Counted from the first letter of the stretch, positions 48,766 through 58,917 are shown. The stretch: 64,000 nt of DNA from an uncultured Chitinophagales bacterium (GCA_964463165.1 CAYXBK010000019.1:20914-84913); one strand, 5' to 3'. The notes: generated by a model not told the origin, from the sequence alone. A program made the numbers and translations.

Positions 48766-48927
48766 GCATAGATGCACTCATTCGCTACCGAAATAAGAAA
48801 TATAGTACGAAATTCAATCTTGACATTGGCTCAGGATAATATTGGCTTCTGATAAATAGGTTTATCGATTGGTGTCTTCACCAACCAAAGCTAAAAGTAG
48901 AAGTGGGATATCTACTACGAGGGATAT

Positions 48928-50103
48928 CTACTCCCCACACTGGCTCAATACCAAATTCGCTTCACTCACATTTATATTATTTTTTGAACCGAGATCAATT
49001 GCTGTATTCGCATATTTTTTTGCGAAATCTTTATATCCGATTTTCAGGTAGATTTTAGCAGCGGATAAATTGCTGAAATAATCGGGTTTTAATTCTGCGG
49101 AGCGCACTGCGAAATTCGCTGCTTTTTGTAATTGCGGTTTATCATTAGTGTTTTGATAAATTGTTTCACTCATTCTGCGCAATAATGTTGCATCTCCCCA
49201 AACATATTTTTCTCCACCGCTTACTGCAATTGAAATATATTGCGGCCATTGTTTATTTTTTTCTGCGAGATTCAAACCTGAAATAAATACCATTGAATCC
49301 ACCTGTGTCAATCCAAGATCAAGAGACAATTTTTTTATCTTGTTGAATGCAATCGTATCGTTTGCACTTGCCGTGATTTGTAAATTATATGCTGCCGTGA
49401 GAAATAATTTCCTCTCCACTTTTTTCTGAGTTGCGATTTCAGCGAATTCTTTTCGGTGCATACTCATAAATTGAAACGCCTCAGATTCCATATCACTCAC
49501 AGCCATGCTCAGTATTTTCCAGTTATATGCCGAATATTCGAAATGTTCTTTAATTGCGCTGAAATACATATTTACAACAGGTTGTGTTGCCAATCGCCCG
49601 CGGCTTAACCCGACCAGATAATTATAACATGCAACCGAATCGGATGTGTTTGAAAGAAATTTTGATTTCAAATTCGGCAGTTGCTGTTCGGGCTGTAATG
49701 CAAGTTCACCCATATGCACAAAATCAGCAGCTTTAAATTCACCCACATATTGAAAAATTGTCTCCGCATTTTTATCGATGATCGCATAGGTCGGGAATGA
49801 CTGAACATAAAAATGCTTTACTAATTTTTGTGCATCGGGATCGGTGAGCATTTCTGCTTTTATACAAATAAAATGGGCATTGTAAAAATTTGTAATTGCC
49901 GAATCTGGCATTACCTCTTTCAGCATTTTTTCGCAATGTCCGCAGGTGGACTGATACATCATTAAAAAAACCGGTTTGTTTTCTGCTGCAGATTTATTTA
50001 CTGCTTCCTGTAAATTCAGATCCTGAAATTGAAATTGTGCGAGGAGGGAAAATTGGAATCCTGCCAAAAAAATAAGAAGGAAAAAAAGCTGTATTCTTTT
50101 CAT
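48928..50103 (-). CDS. Secreted thioredoxin-fold protein with helical-repeat C-terminal region
   Basis: Signal peptide; CGHC (CxxC) in a thioredoxin-like N-domain (KPVFLMMYQSTCGHCEKM). Confidence 0.6.
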   Translation of the reverse strand: MKRIQLFFLLIFLAGFQFSLLAQFQFQDLNLQEAVNKSAAENKPVFLMMYQSTCGHCEKMLKEVMPDSAITNFYNAHFICIKAEMLTDPDAQKLVKHFYVQSFPTYAIIDKNAETIFQYVGEFKAADFVHMGELALQPEQQLPNLKSKFLSNTSDSVACYNYLVGLSRGRLATQPVVNMYFSAIKEHFEYSAYNWKILSMAVSDMESEAFQFMSMHRKEFAEIATQKKVERKLFLTAAYNLQITASANDTIAFNKIKKLSLDLGLTQVDSMVFISGLNLAEKNKQWPQYISIAVSGGEKYVWGDATLLRRMSETIYQNTNDKPQLQKAANFAVRSAELKPDYFSNLSAAKIYLKIGYKDFAKKYANTAIDLGSKNNINVSEANLVLSQCGE

Positions 50104-50187
50104 AAATCCGGATGCTAAATTACGATGGATGGTGGATTTCGTGTAAACAAAATTCCTGCCCCGATCATTTAAAAGCCTTTATTTTCT

Positions 50188-50195
50188 TACTTTTG
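50188..50195 (+). promoter_or_regulatory. Bacteroidota -7 box (TACTTTTG) for scpB
   Basis: TAnnTTTG match ending 7 nt before the ATG at 50203. Confidence 0.4.
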
Positions 50196-50202
50196 TGCTG
50201 TG

Positions 50203-50919
50203 ATGAACAACCTTCAGAAATTAATCGAAGCCCTCATTTTCAGCTCGGAACAACCGATCACGATCGCTGAATTGCAAACTGTTCTCTTTACTTATTCGGG
50301 TGAGGAGGTGAGCCTTGAAGCCATCCAGGAACATGTGGATGCTTTGCTTCTAAAATATGAAAGTGATGATTTTGTTTTCGAGATCGTAAAAACGGGAGGC
50401 GGTTATCAGTTTCTGAGCAAACCCTATTACCACAAACCCATTTCAACCTTATTGCAACACCGGGCAAAGCGCAAACTAAGCATTGCAGCACTCGAATGTC
50501 TTTCAATAATTGCCTATTCACAACCGGTCACGAAGGTGGAAATCGAACAGATCCGCGGCGTAAACTGTGATCATACCATTCAGAAACTGATGGAGCGTGA
50601 CCTGATACGGATCAACGGGAGAAGTGATACAGCCGGACGCCCGCTATTATACGGCACAACACAATACTTTATGGACTATTTCGGGATCAATAACCTCGAA
50701 GAGTTGCCAAAACTGAAAGAGTTCGAACAAAAAGATATTTCGATAGGAGCACCTTCCGATATCATGGAATCCGTTTCGGAGGAAGAAGCCTATGCACAGG
50801 TGCGATTTGACAACGAGCGTCGTGAAGATGCCCAAACAGATAATTATGAAAAAAACGAACAACAGCTTTCAGAAGAAAACCCACCAACCGAAGAAGACGG
50901 GGAAGATATCCAGGAGTGA
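50203..50919 (+). CDS. scpB: SMC-Scp complex subunit ScpB
   Basis: LIEALIFSSEQPITIAEL N-terminus and a second wHTH (LECLSIIAYSQPVTKVEIEQIRGV); acidic tail. Confidence 0.85.
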   Translation: MNNLQKLIEALIFSSEQPITIAELQTVLFTYSGEEVSLEAIQEHVDALLLKYESDDFVFEIVKTGGGYQFLSKPYYHKPISTLLQHRAKRKLSIAALECLSIIAYSQPVTKVEIEQIRGVNCDHTIQKLMERDLIRINGRSDTAGRPLLYGTTQYFMDYFGINNLEELPKLKEFEQKDISIGAPSDIMESVSEEEAYAQVRFDNERREDAQTDNYEKNEQQLSEENPPTEEDGEDIQE

Positions 50920-52054
50920 AAAGCCGGAAGATGGCAGTCGGCAGTCCACTGCCAACAGTCGGAAATCTGATAGGAACGACATAAGAAATTTCGGAGAAAG
51001 TAAATTCAGAAAACGTTCTGAAGAAGAATTCTTTAAAAAGAAATCACAGGAGTGGGATGAAAAAAAATCAGGCCGCAAAAAAGAATTCGATCCTGAAAAA
51101 AAACGCAGCAATTTTTCACGCAATACATCCGATAAATCAAATTCCCGCGATAACAGAATTCATCGGCCGGAAAATAAGCGCATTAGTTTTAAGGATGATA
51201 ATCATAATGAAGCAAAGCCCTTCAGCAAAAAAAGATTTCAAAGCAATACCGAAATAAAAATTGAACGCAAGAAATTTGAAAAATCTGTTCCGCAGCGTGA
51301 GCCTTTAAAAAAAGCTGCACATTCTCCCGTACCGAAAGGAGAAAAAACAATGCGCCTGAATAAATATCTCGCCAATTCAGGAGTTGCCGCAAGAAGAAAA
51401 TGCGATGATTATATCGCACAGGGCCATGTAAAAGTGAATAATGATGTAGTAACGGAAATGGGTTACCGTGTGAAAGAAGGTGATAAAGTATATTTCAAGA
51501 ATAAATTAGTACAACCGGTTAATTACGTTTATATATTATTGAATAAACCGAAAGATTATATCACAACCGCCGATGATGAACGCGGGAGAAGTACCGTACT
51601 TGAACTTGTGCAGCACGCAACCGAGGAACGTGTTTATCCGGTTGGCCGCTTAGACAGAAATACGACGGGATTATTATTATTAACCAATGACGGTGATCTC
51701 GCACAAAAATTATCTCATCCGAGTTATGGTGCACAAAAATTATATGAAGTGGAACTCGATAAAGCATTAACACCTCATGACCTGCAATTAATTGAAAACG
51801 GAATTGAACTGGAAGACGGTTTGGCGGTAGTTGACGGAATTGATTATGCGCATCGCACAAATAAAGCAATTATGGGTATATCCATTCATATCGGGAAAAA
51901 CAGAATTGTAAGAAGAATATTCGAACATCTCGGTTATAAAGTCATGCGGTTGGACCGCACATTATATGCGGGGCTTACCAAAAAAGATCTGCCACGTGGT
52001 AAATGGAGATTGCTTACGGAGAAAGAAATAATAAAATTGAAGTATTTGAAATGA
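50846..52054 (+). CDS. rluB: rRNA pseudouridine synthase (RluB/RsuA family) with long Lys/Arg/Ser-rich N-terminal extension
   Basis: S4 domain MRLNKYLANSGVAARRKCD from 51350; catalytic VGRLDRNTTGLLLLTNDG. The upstream 186 codons are open and strongly basic. The start is uncertain (50828, 50846, or as late as 51350). Confidence 0.75.
   Translation: MKKTNNSFQKKTHQPKKTGKISRSEKPEDGSRQSTANSRKSDRNDIRNFGESKFRKRSEEEFFKKKSQEWDEKKSGRKKEFDPEKKRSNFSRNTSDKSNSRDNRIHRPENKRISFKDDNHNEAKPFSKKRFQSNTEIKIERKKFEKSVPQREPLKKAAHSPVPKGEKTMRLNKYLANSGVAARRKCDDYIAQGHVKVNNDVVTEMGYRVKEGDKVYFKNKLVQPVNYVYILLNKPKDYITTADDERGRSTVLELVQHATEERVYPVGRLDRNTTGLLLLTNDGDLAQKLSHPSYGAQKLYEVELDKALTPHDLQLIENGIELEDGLAVVDGIDYAHRTNKAIMGISIHIGKNRIVRRIFEHLGYKVMRLDRTLYAGLTKKDLPRGKWRLLTEKEIIKLKYLK
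50933..50960. repeat. Heptamer words GGCAGTC GGCAGTC CACTGCC AACAGTC
   Basis: Same word as in 28481-28508. Begins 13 nt after the scpB stop and lies inside the putative rluB N-terminal extension. GGCAGT/ACTGCC form a palindrome. Confidence 0.7.
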
Positions 52055-52158
52055 AGTAAATGCAAAATGCAATTTCACACCAAGGCGCCAAGCCGCAAAG
52101 TGAAAATAGTTATATATTGTAATATTACACGGTCGACTTTAAACCTGCAAATATTTTT

Positions 52159-54450
52159 TTAGTCTTCAATAATAATTTCCTTTGTGAAAAATTTACCATT
52201 TAAATTCAATGAAATTAAATAAATGCCCGGTGGGATTGTTTTACTCAATTGAATTGAGGTATTTAATTCCGGTGTTGATGAAAATTCCGTTGAATAAATA
52301 ATCTCACCTAAAATATTTCTGATTTGTATCTCACAAACACCATGATCCTGATTTGAGAAAGAAGCGCTTATTTCGAAATTCCCGTTATTCGGATTTGGAT
52401 TCACTTCAAAATTATTCACTTCATATTCAAATCCTTCTTTGCATGCATTTATAATTGAAAGTGCGGGCGACATTTTTGAACAGCCTGCAGCTGTTGTTAC
52501 CATTACTTTGTAATTTCCTGTTGTAGTTGCAAAATAAATTTGATTGGTGGCTCCGGCCAAAGGTGTTGCACCTTTATACCATTGATAAGAATAACCGGCA
52601 CCCGCATTTGCTTTTAATTTAATACTAGCATCCACACATAAATTATTTGTTCCGTCGAGGTTATTTATCGATGCAGTTGGTGTTGCATTTACAACCACAT
52701 TTGTGATTTCAGATAAATCATTGCAACCACCGGGGATCGTGATGAATACAGTATAATCTCCTGCTTTAGTTGCAGTATAATTATTTCCTGCTGCACCGGC
52801 GATATTAATACCGTTCTTTTTCCATTGATAAGAAAAACCTGCTCCGGTATTTGCATTTAAAATTACATTGCTTCCTTTGCAAAATGTTGTAGGTCCGGAA
52901 GGTGATATCATGGCAATGATTATTTCTTCATCAATCATTGCATCACAATCATCGTCTATTGTATTACAAATTTCCGGTGCACCCGGATAAATTAAATTAT
53001 TTGCATCATTGCAATCGGTTGAATTTAAAACATAACCCAAAGGCATGCTGCAGGATGTGGATGTAATTGCTGCATTTCCGAATCCATCGCCATCACTGTC
53101 TGCAAAAGAAATCAACGGGTCATCACAATAGTTAATCTTGCTTAGAAATCCATCTGTAGCCCCGCCTGAAACAAATGTTTCATCACCGAAGGATACAGTA
53201 CCAGTGAATGAACCGCATAATGTCAAAATGCCGGGAGAGAGTATTTTATAAGAATAAATTATTGGTGCGTTAGGAAAAGTAATTGCCGTACCTCCCAAAA
53301 CATTTCCATCAAAATCAATTTTTGCAATAAATATATCTTTATCGGGTGTAAGTATTAATTCATCGGGTCCTAAAGAGAGATCTTCTGTAAAATAACCGGT
53401 AATTAATAAACTATTGGAAATTGAGTCAACAAATAAATGCATTGGAAAATGATATGCATTTTGATCAAGATTGATGACCCAGACGTAATTACCGTCTGAA
53501 TTGATTTTAGCTACAAATGTATTGTATTCGCCAACTTCACCGTATAATTTTATTCCATCGAAATCCAGCGAATCTGAATTAAAACCTCCGGTTATATAAA
53601 CGTTACCGGAATTATCCGATTTCATGGATTTTATCCAATCTGTTTGATTCCCGCCGATTTTTTTTATCCATTGATAGGTACCGCTACCATTTAATTTACA
53701 TAGATAAGAATCAGTGCCGCCTGAATTTGTTAATGTTGTCCCGTTTATTGTTATTGCACTGGTATATTTTCCATCGATATACAAATTATTATTTTGATCA
53801 ATTTCTTCAGTATTGACTTCGATTGTATTAAATGCTTTTGTCCAAGTTGTTCCGCCTGCATTTTTTTTTGTAAGTGTATGGTTTTGAACAAAAGAAAATC
53901 CAATGAGTTGTTCACGGTTATCAATATATGCAACATTACCTGCCTGATTGCAGACTACAGGTCCGATTGAATTAACAAAGGAATTGCCGCTGAAAATATT
54001 TGCTGCTGATGTATAAGTGCCATTTGAATCAAGTGTGACGTAATATGATGAATTACCTGATCCAGCCAAACCCCTGAATATTGTAAAGGGTGGAAATGAT
54101 GCTGATGTATTTGCATACCATCCTCCATTATAACATTTTTTATTCCCATCCACGGCTATGCTGCCACTCTCTGCCCAATCGGTTGCATGTAACCAGATGA
54201 GTCCACCAGAAGGATCAAGTTTAAAAGTAGAGGCGTTATAGGATGAAGTTGTATAAGTTGTGTCGGCAAATGTATTTGTTCCTGATCCATCACCCATACC
54301 ATATATATTGCCGTCATGATCAGAAACTACAGACCAGATTATATCTTCTGAAGAACCGCTTAATTGTTTTGTCCACTCAATTGAAAAACTCTGGGCGGAA
54401 CAAATGACAGATTGAATAGTAATAATTGTAAAGAGGAGAATATTTTTCAT
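52159..54450 (-). CDS. Large secreted beta-propeller-repeat protein with Cys-rich metal-binding-like motif, Ig-like domains and T9SS type A sorting domain
   Basis: Signal peptide; SBBP-like repeats (D..GN.Y..G); DSDGDGFG...CNDANNLIYPGAPEICNTIDDDCD; C-terminal NPNPNNGNF...GIYLISL. Confidence 0.75.
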   Translation of the reverse strand: MKNILLFTIITIQSVICSAQSFSIEWTKQLSGSSEDIIWSVVSDHDGNIYGMGDGSGTNTFADTTYTTSSYNASTFKLDPSGGLIWLHATDWAESGSIAVDGNKKCYNGGWYANTSASFPPFTIFRGLAGSGNSSYYVTLDSNGTYTSAANIFSGNSFVNSIGPVVCNQAGNVAYIDNREQLIGFSFVQNHTLTKKNAGGTTWTKAFNTIEVNTEEIDQNNNLYIDGKYTSAITINGTTLTNSGGTDSYLCKLNGSGTYQWIKKIGGNQTDWIKSMKSDNSGNVYITGGFNSDSLDFDGIKLYGEVGEYNTFVAKINSDGNYVWVINLDQNAYHFPMHLFVDSISNSLLITGYFTEDLSLGPDELILTPDKDIFIAKIDFDGNVLGGTAITFPNAPIIYSYKILSPGILTLCGSFTGTVSFGDETFVSGGATDGFLSKINYCDDPLISFADSDGDGFGNAAITSTSCSMPLGYVLNSTDCNDANNLIYPGAPEICNTIDDDCDAMIDEEIIIAMISPSGPTTFCKGSNVILNANTGAGFSYQWKKNGINIAGAAGNNYTATKAGDYTVFITIPGGCNDLSEITNVVVNATPTASINNLDGTNNLCVDASIKLKANAGAGYSYQWYKGATPLAGATNQIYFATTTGNYKVMVTTAAGCSKMSPALSIINACKEGFEYEVNNFEVNPNPNNGNFEISASFSNQDHGVCEIQIRNILGEIIYSTEFSSTPELNTSIQLSKTIPPGIYLISLNLNGKFFTKEIIIED

Positions 54451-54518
54451 AGAGTTGATTTGATGAATGAATACGGAATTTTTATTTGAAGATAATAATA
54501 AATATGTTCAGATTCAAT

Positions 54519-54581
54519 TCCTGACTCTTGACTCCTGACTCTTGACTCCTGACTCCTGACTCCTGATTCCTGACTCCTGAC
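54519..54581. repeat. Heptamer tandem array, TCCTGAC class, nine units
   Basis: TCCTGAC TCTTGAC TCCTGAC TCTTGAC TCCTGAC TCCTGAC TCCTGAT TCCTGAC TCCTGAC. Ends 5 nt from the CDF transporter stop codon. Confidence 0.9.
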
Positions 54582-54586
54582 TCCCC

Positions 54587-55492
54587 TCAACATTCCACCA
54601 TCTCACATACCTCATTTTCCCTTTCTGTTTCCAATGTGATATGATGAATATTTTTATGTTCCAACTCGTGTCTGAGTTCATGTTTAATTTTTTGTTCTTC
54701 AAGTGTTGTAACATGATCCTCCAATACCAAATGTGCTGTGAGTGCATTTTCCGTTGTACTGATCGCCCAGACATGAATATGATGCAGATCTTTTACACCT
54801 TTTATTTTTATTGCTGCGAATTTAATCTCATCAATATGAATATTTTCAGGAACACCATCAAGTGACAACCGTAAACTCCCTTTCAGCAAATGCCATGTGC
54901 TGAATAATATTACAATTGCAATCACAATACTTAATATACTGTCTATCCAGTACCAGTTTGTATAAAAAATGATAATTCCACCGATTACAATCCCGAGTGA
55001 AACGATTGCATCACTCATTAAATGCAGATAGGCACTTTTAATATTCATATCTTTTTCCTTATCCCGGAAAAATAATAATGCAGTTAATGCATTGATAACG
55101 ATTCCGATACCCGCAACAATGGAAATTGTTTTTCCCGGTATTGTTTCAGGATTGATAAAACGGTGTGCCGCTTCATACAAAATAGCTCCGATGGAAACCA
55201 GCAAAACCATAGCATTAAACAACGCAACCAGAATAGAGGTTTTTTTGTATCCATAAGTAAAATGCGCATTCGATTTTACTTTTAATAAGCGGAATGCAAG
55301 AAGTGAAAGCGCCAGGGCGCCCACATCGGCAAGATTATGTCCTGCGTCGGACAACAAGGAAAGTGAATGCGTATTTAAGCCGACAACTACTTCAACCAGC
55401 ACAAATAAAAAATTGAGCAGGATGCCTGCAATAAATGCAGTATTCATCTTTTTTGCAGATACCGGATGGTGATGCGAATGATCGTGGCTCAT
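54587..55492 (-). CDS. czcD: Cation diffusion facilitator family transporter (CzcD/ZitB-like)
   Basis: His-rich N-terminus MSHDHSHHH; HSLSLLSDAGHNLADV and HLMSDA metal-site motifs; six TM helices. Start at ATG 55492. Confidence 0.85.
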   Translation of the reverse strand: MSHDHSHHHPVSAKKMNTAFIAGILLNFLFVLVEVVVGLNTHSLSLLSDAGHNLADVGALALSLLAFRLLKVKSNAHFTYGYKKTSILVALFNAMVLLVSIGAILYEAAHRFINPETIPGKTISIVAGIGIVINALTALLFFRDKEKDMNIKSAYLHLMSDAIVSLGIVIGGIIIFYTNWYWIDSILSIVIAIVILFSTWHLLKGSLRLSLDGVPENIHIDEIKFAAIKIKGVKDLHHIHVWAISTTENALTAHLVLEDHVTTLEEQKIKHELRHELEHKNIHHITLETERENEVCEMVEC

Positions 55493-55605
55493 GTTAAAAA
55501 GTAAAAATAATTCTTTCACATGAATACATTTTACCGCAATCATTCTTCCAAGGAAATGAACCTTTATGCATCCGGAATTCTTAAAGAATACATAAATACA
55601 TTGCT

Positions 55606-56274
55606 ATGGACGAATATCCTGTTAAAATATTACGCATCACGCCCGTCACACATAATGTCAACCGCTACACAGTTGAACGTCCTGTTGATTATCATTTTAT
55701 TCCCGGGCAGGCAACTGAAGTTGCCATCAATAAATCAGGATGGAACCATGAGCGCCGGCCTTTTACTTTCACCGGTTTGCATGATTGGGATCATCTTGAA
55801 TTCACGATCAAATCTTATACGGATCACAATGGCGTTACAAATGAATTGCTGCATTTAAAAACAGGCGATGAATTTTTGCTTCACGATGTGTGGGGTGCAA
55901 TTCATTATCAGGGGCCCGGCATTTTTATAGCGGGAGGTGCGGGTGTTACGCCATTTATTGCAATTTTCAGGGATCTGCAGAAAAAAGGTGCGATCGGAAA
56001 TAATAAACTCATTTTCGCAAATAAAAAAGAGCAGGATATTATTCTGAAAGATGAATTTCAGGAAATGCTCGGAGATAAATTTATAAATATCCTTTCAGAG
56101 GAGAAGAAAAATGGTTACGAACATGGTCATATCACGAAAGAATTTCTGCAGGAACACATCACCGGTAATTCAGAAAAATATTATGTCTGCGGCCCACCAC
56201 CCATGATGGACGCAATCAATTTAATTTTAAAGGAACTCGGGGTTTCGGAAGATTCGGTTGTTGTGGAGATTTAA
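55606..56274 (+). CDS. Ferredoxin/flavodoxin-NADP reductase-like FAD-binding oxidoreductase
   Basis: RPFTFT (RxYS-type FAD motif), GGAGVTPF NAD(P)-binding motif, C-terminal YVCGPPPM. Confidence 0.7.
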   Translation: MDEYPVKILRITPVTHNVNRYTVERPVDYHFIPGQATEVAINKSGWNHERRPFTFTGLHDWDHLEFTIKSYTDHNGVTNELLHLKTGDEFLLHDVWGAIHYQGPGIFIAGGAGVTPFIAIFRDLQKKGAIGNNKLIFANKKEQDIILKDEFQEMLGDKFINILSEEKKNGYEHGHITKEFLQEHITGNSEKYYVCGPPPMMDAINLILKELGVSEDSVVVEI

Positions 56275-56314
56275 AATATCTTTCTTTCCAACCGCAATTT
56301 GAATACAGCGCCTT

Positions 56315-56740
56315 TCAAGCATCGGCAAACAACGCTGCTTTTTTCACTTCCTTTTTCACCATCGAACGAAGGAATAATAAAAAAAGCGGCCATAAAATAC
56401 GGGAAAAACCATTGCGCCATTTCGGGTCTATGGTTTTGGTATAATTTGTTCCACCACCCTGTAATTCTTCAAACGAATGCCTGATGATGGATACAGCACC
56501 CGGTGTTACTACCTGCATTTCAATAAATTTGGGCCGGGCATCCTGCGTGATATGTGCATCGAATACACCACCACCTGCTTTCCATTTCATATTTGAAGAG
56601 AAAGCTGGCCAGGAAGGATCCACTTCCACAATTACAATTTTCCCGATCCACCAGGCTTTTATTCCTTCCTGAGAAATAATTTTCGTACATGCAATTTCAG
56701 GCGATGACTTACATTTTGCGGATGCAGAAATAATACCCAT
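56315..56740 (-). CDS. Hypothetical protein, possibly SRPBCC-fold
   Basis: Only a weak pattern resemblance to SRPBCC N-termini. Start ambiguous (GTG 56755 or ATG 56740). Confidence 0.3.
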   Translation of the reverse strand: MGIISASAKCKSSPEIACTKIISQEGIKAWWIGKIVIVEVDPSWPAFSSNMKWKAGGGVFDAHITQDARPKFIEMQVVTPGAVSIIRHSFEELQGGGTNYTKTIDPKWRNGFSRILWPLFLLFLRSMVKKEVKKAALFADA

Positions 56741-56883
56741 GGTTGATGCTTTCACTAAAATTAATATTTTTTCTCCCGGGATGAAAAATTTTAAAAATGA
56801 AAATTAAAAAACCCCGGACGGGATTTAAGCAGGATTGACATTGATCATAAACAATGTAATCTGATCTTAGAATTTTAATCAGA

Positions 56884-58917
56884 TTATTTCACAAATATTT
56901 TATTCTCTGAAATGGAATGCATTGTGTAATTGATCAGATAAAATCCACTATTCAGATTCTTTATATCAATAACGGTGATTCTCTCTGCCGATTTTTGGGT
57001 GCAAATGATTTTTCCGGAAACATCGTAAATAAAAATAATCCCGTTTTCCTGTGTGCCGTTTAAAATGATTTGATTCTTTAAGAGGTCAGTATACAACGTA
57101 ATCAAACCGGCATCGGAATAAAAATCAACCAATACCATTTTTGAAAAACTGGTATTTCCATCGAAATCAGTTTGTTTTAACCGATAATAATTTATGCCGG
57201 CAAACGGTGCATCGTCTGTAAATTCATAATTCAAAACCGATGTCGAATTGCCCGCACCATTTATTTCCCCGATTGAAATAAAATCATTTCCGTTCAAACT
57301 CCTTTCAATAGTAAAATAATTATTGTTTAATTCTGTTGCCGTGCTCCATTTTATTTGCACTGCATTTTCAAATCGTTCTGCTGTAAAATAAATAAGATCA
57401 ACGGGCAATAATGTGCAAAGATTTGTAAGAATGGAAACAGTTGTTCCGCTGTTTGTTACTGCAATATCCGGACGTTCATCTCCGTCAAAATCAGCAATGC
57501 CCGCATCATATGAAATGCCGGATGCAATATCTACACGAGTCGCAAATGAAATTGCGCCTGTTGTGCTTGTATTTTTAAAAATGCTCGTAACATTCAGTGT
57601 ATAATTACACGCAACAACATCCGGTTTATTATCGCCATCCAGGTCACCGATCGCAACACCATAATGTGTAAATGTACCTGCAGGGGTTGCAAAATCCTGT
57701 CGTGCGGCAAGCGTAATACTTCCAACAGTACTTGTATTTCTGTAAACGGCGAGTGTTGCAACATCTCTGTTTACTAGGGCGATATCGAGTAAATTATCAC
57801 CATCAAGGTCTGCGAGATGCACAAAATAAGGAACCGTTCCCGGCGAAAAATCCTGACGTGCAGCAAATGAAATTGTGCCTGCCGTACTTGTATTTCTGAA
57901 AATGGAAAGTTTATTACTTGTAAAAGCTGTGATCACAACATCCGGTTTTCCATCTCCATCCAGATCGCCGACATCAATTTTATGCGGTTGCGTTGTAGTT
58001 GAAAAACTCACACCGGCAGCAAAAGAAATTGAACCAACCGTACTTGTATTTCTCAAAACCCACACGCAATTTCCCGACCAGTGTACTGAAACAAGATCCG
58101 GTTTTCCATCACCATCAATATCAATGATTTTATTTCCGTTTCCCTGTCCGGATGAAGCTGTAAAATCCTGTCGTGCAGCAAATGAAATACTGCCGGCTGT
58201 GCTTGTATTTCTGTAAACGGAAACAAAAGTACCGCCGCCATTTCCGCCAAGTGCTACATCGGGTTTACCGTCACCGTCAAAATCACCGATTGAAATTTCA
58301 TTTGGTTGCCCGCCACTTGCCCATGCAAAAGTTAATTTGGGTGCAAATGAAATTGCGCCAACCGTACTAGTATTTCTGGTAACAGTAAAATAATTATTAA
58401 AATAATCAGGAATGATCATATCGGGTTTTCCATCACCATCCATATCATAAATTTCAATATTGTGTGAACCACCCTGTGCGCTTAATGCATATGTGAATGT
58501 GGCTGCATCACTGCAGGATGTTGTTACATTAAACGGAATTGCAGAATAGGCAGTTAAATTCGTCGTGAGATTGGTGACAGTGATATATTGATAATTCGCA
58601 CCGGCATTTACAGTTACTGTCAAAGTTGTTGCAGTTGCTGCAGTAACAGTTCCCATTGTTGCGCCAAAAAAAACAATATTATTTGCTGGCGTCACATTAA
58701 ATCCGGTACCGTTAATTGTAACCGATGTACCTATCGGACCCGAGATTGGTGTAAAAGAGGAAATTGTTTGAGAGAATATATTCAAAGAATGAATTAATAA
58801 GAAAAATAAAAACAGAACCCTGTGGTCCGAATAGAATTGTTTTGGTTTATTCTTCGATATAATTGATAGTGTGCCGGCAATATTTTTTTCTCCGATTCCC
58901 ATAGTTCTTTTCACCAT
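56884..58917 (-). CDS. FG-GAP/VCBS-repeat protein with IPT/TIG domain and T9SS type A sorting domain
   Basis: Seven or more repeats of D.DGDGKPD...V(Y/F)RNTST.G.ISFA. N-terminal ISSFTPISGPIGTSVTINGTGF (IPT). NYYRLKQ module plus a C-terminal sorting domain. Confidence 0.8.
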   Translation of the reverse strand: MVKRTMGIGEKNIAGTLSIISKNKPKQFYSDHRVLFLFFLLIHSLNIFSQTISSFTPISGPIGTSVTINGTGFNVTPANNIVFFGATMGTVTAATATTLTVTVNAGANYQYITVTNLTTNLTAYSAIPFNVTTSCSDAATFTYALSAQGGSHNIEIYDMDGDGKPDMIIPDYFNNYFTVTRNTSTVGAISFAPKLTFAWASGGQPNEISIGDFDGDGKPDVALGGNGGGTFVSVYRNTSTAGSISFAARQDFTASSGQGNGNKIIDIDGDGKPDLVSVHWSGNCVWVLRNTSTVGSISFAAGVSFSTTTQPHKIDVGDLDGDGKPDVVITAFTSNKLSIFRNTSTAGTISFAARQDFSPGTVPYFVHLADLDGDNLLDIALVNRDVATLAVYRNTSTVGSITLAARQDFATPAGTFTHYGVAIGDLDGDNKPDVVACNYTLNVTSIFKNTSTTGAISFATRVDIASGISYDAGIADFDGDERPDIAVTNSGTTVSILTNLCTLLPVDLIYFTAERFENAVQIKWSTATELNNNYFTIERSLNGNDFISIGEINGAGNSTSVLNYEFTDDAPFAGINYYRLKQTDFDGNTSFSKMVLVDFYSDAGLITLYTDLLKNQIILNGTQENGIIFIYDVSGKIICTQKSAERITVIDIKNLNSGFYLINYTMHSISENKIFVK

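Noticed and set aside
47732-48888. 10-bp direct repeat CACCAACCAA (47732-47741 and 48879-48888), each part of a small hairpin, flanking the T9SS cargo gene 47845..48765. This could be taken as target-site duplication of an insertion.
   Set aside because: 10-mer repeats are expected many times by chance in 64 kb. No mobility gene or terminal inverted repeats are present, and the hairpins are adequately explained as terminators.
48893-48908. A 16-nt exact match (AAAAGTAGAAGTGGGA) between this intergenic site and the reverse complement of 60282-60297, with nearby GGGAT(A/G)TCTA words at both loci.
   Set aside because: By a rough estimate (window length squared over 4^16, both strands), about one or two chance 16-mer matches are expected in a 64-kb window. 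The flanks do not align further. It is noted as a possible small repeat but is not supportable.
52075-52100. CCAAGGCG CCAAGCCG CAAAGTGA and AAATGCA AAATGCA after rluB, considered as another member of the repeat family.
   Set aside because: There are only two or three degenerate units with an 8-nt rather than 7-nt period. That is too weak to call.
54514-54774. 86-aa ORF ending in SQESGIRSQESGVKSQESRVRN.
   Set aside because: Its C-terminal part is the TCCTGAC heptamer array read in frame, and the rest overlaps the CDF transporter gene in another frame.
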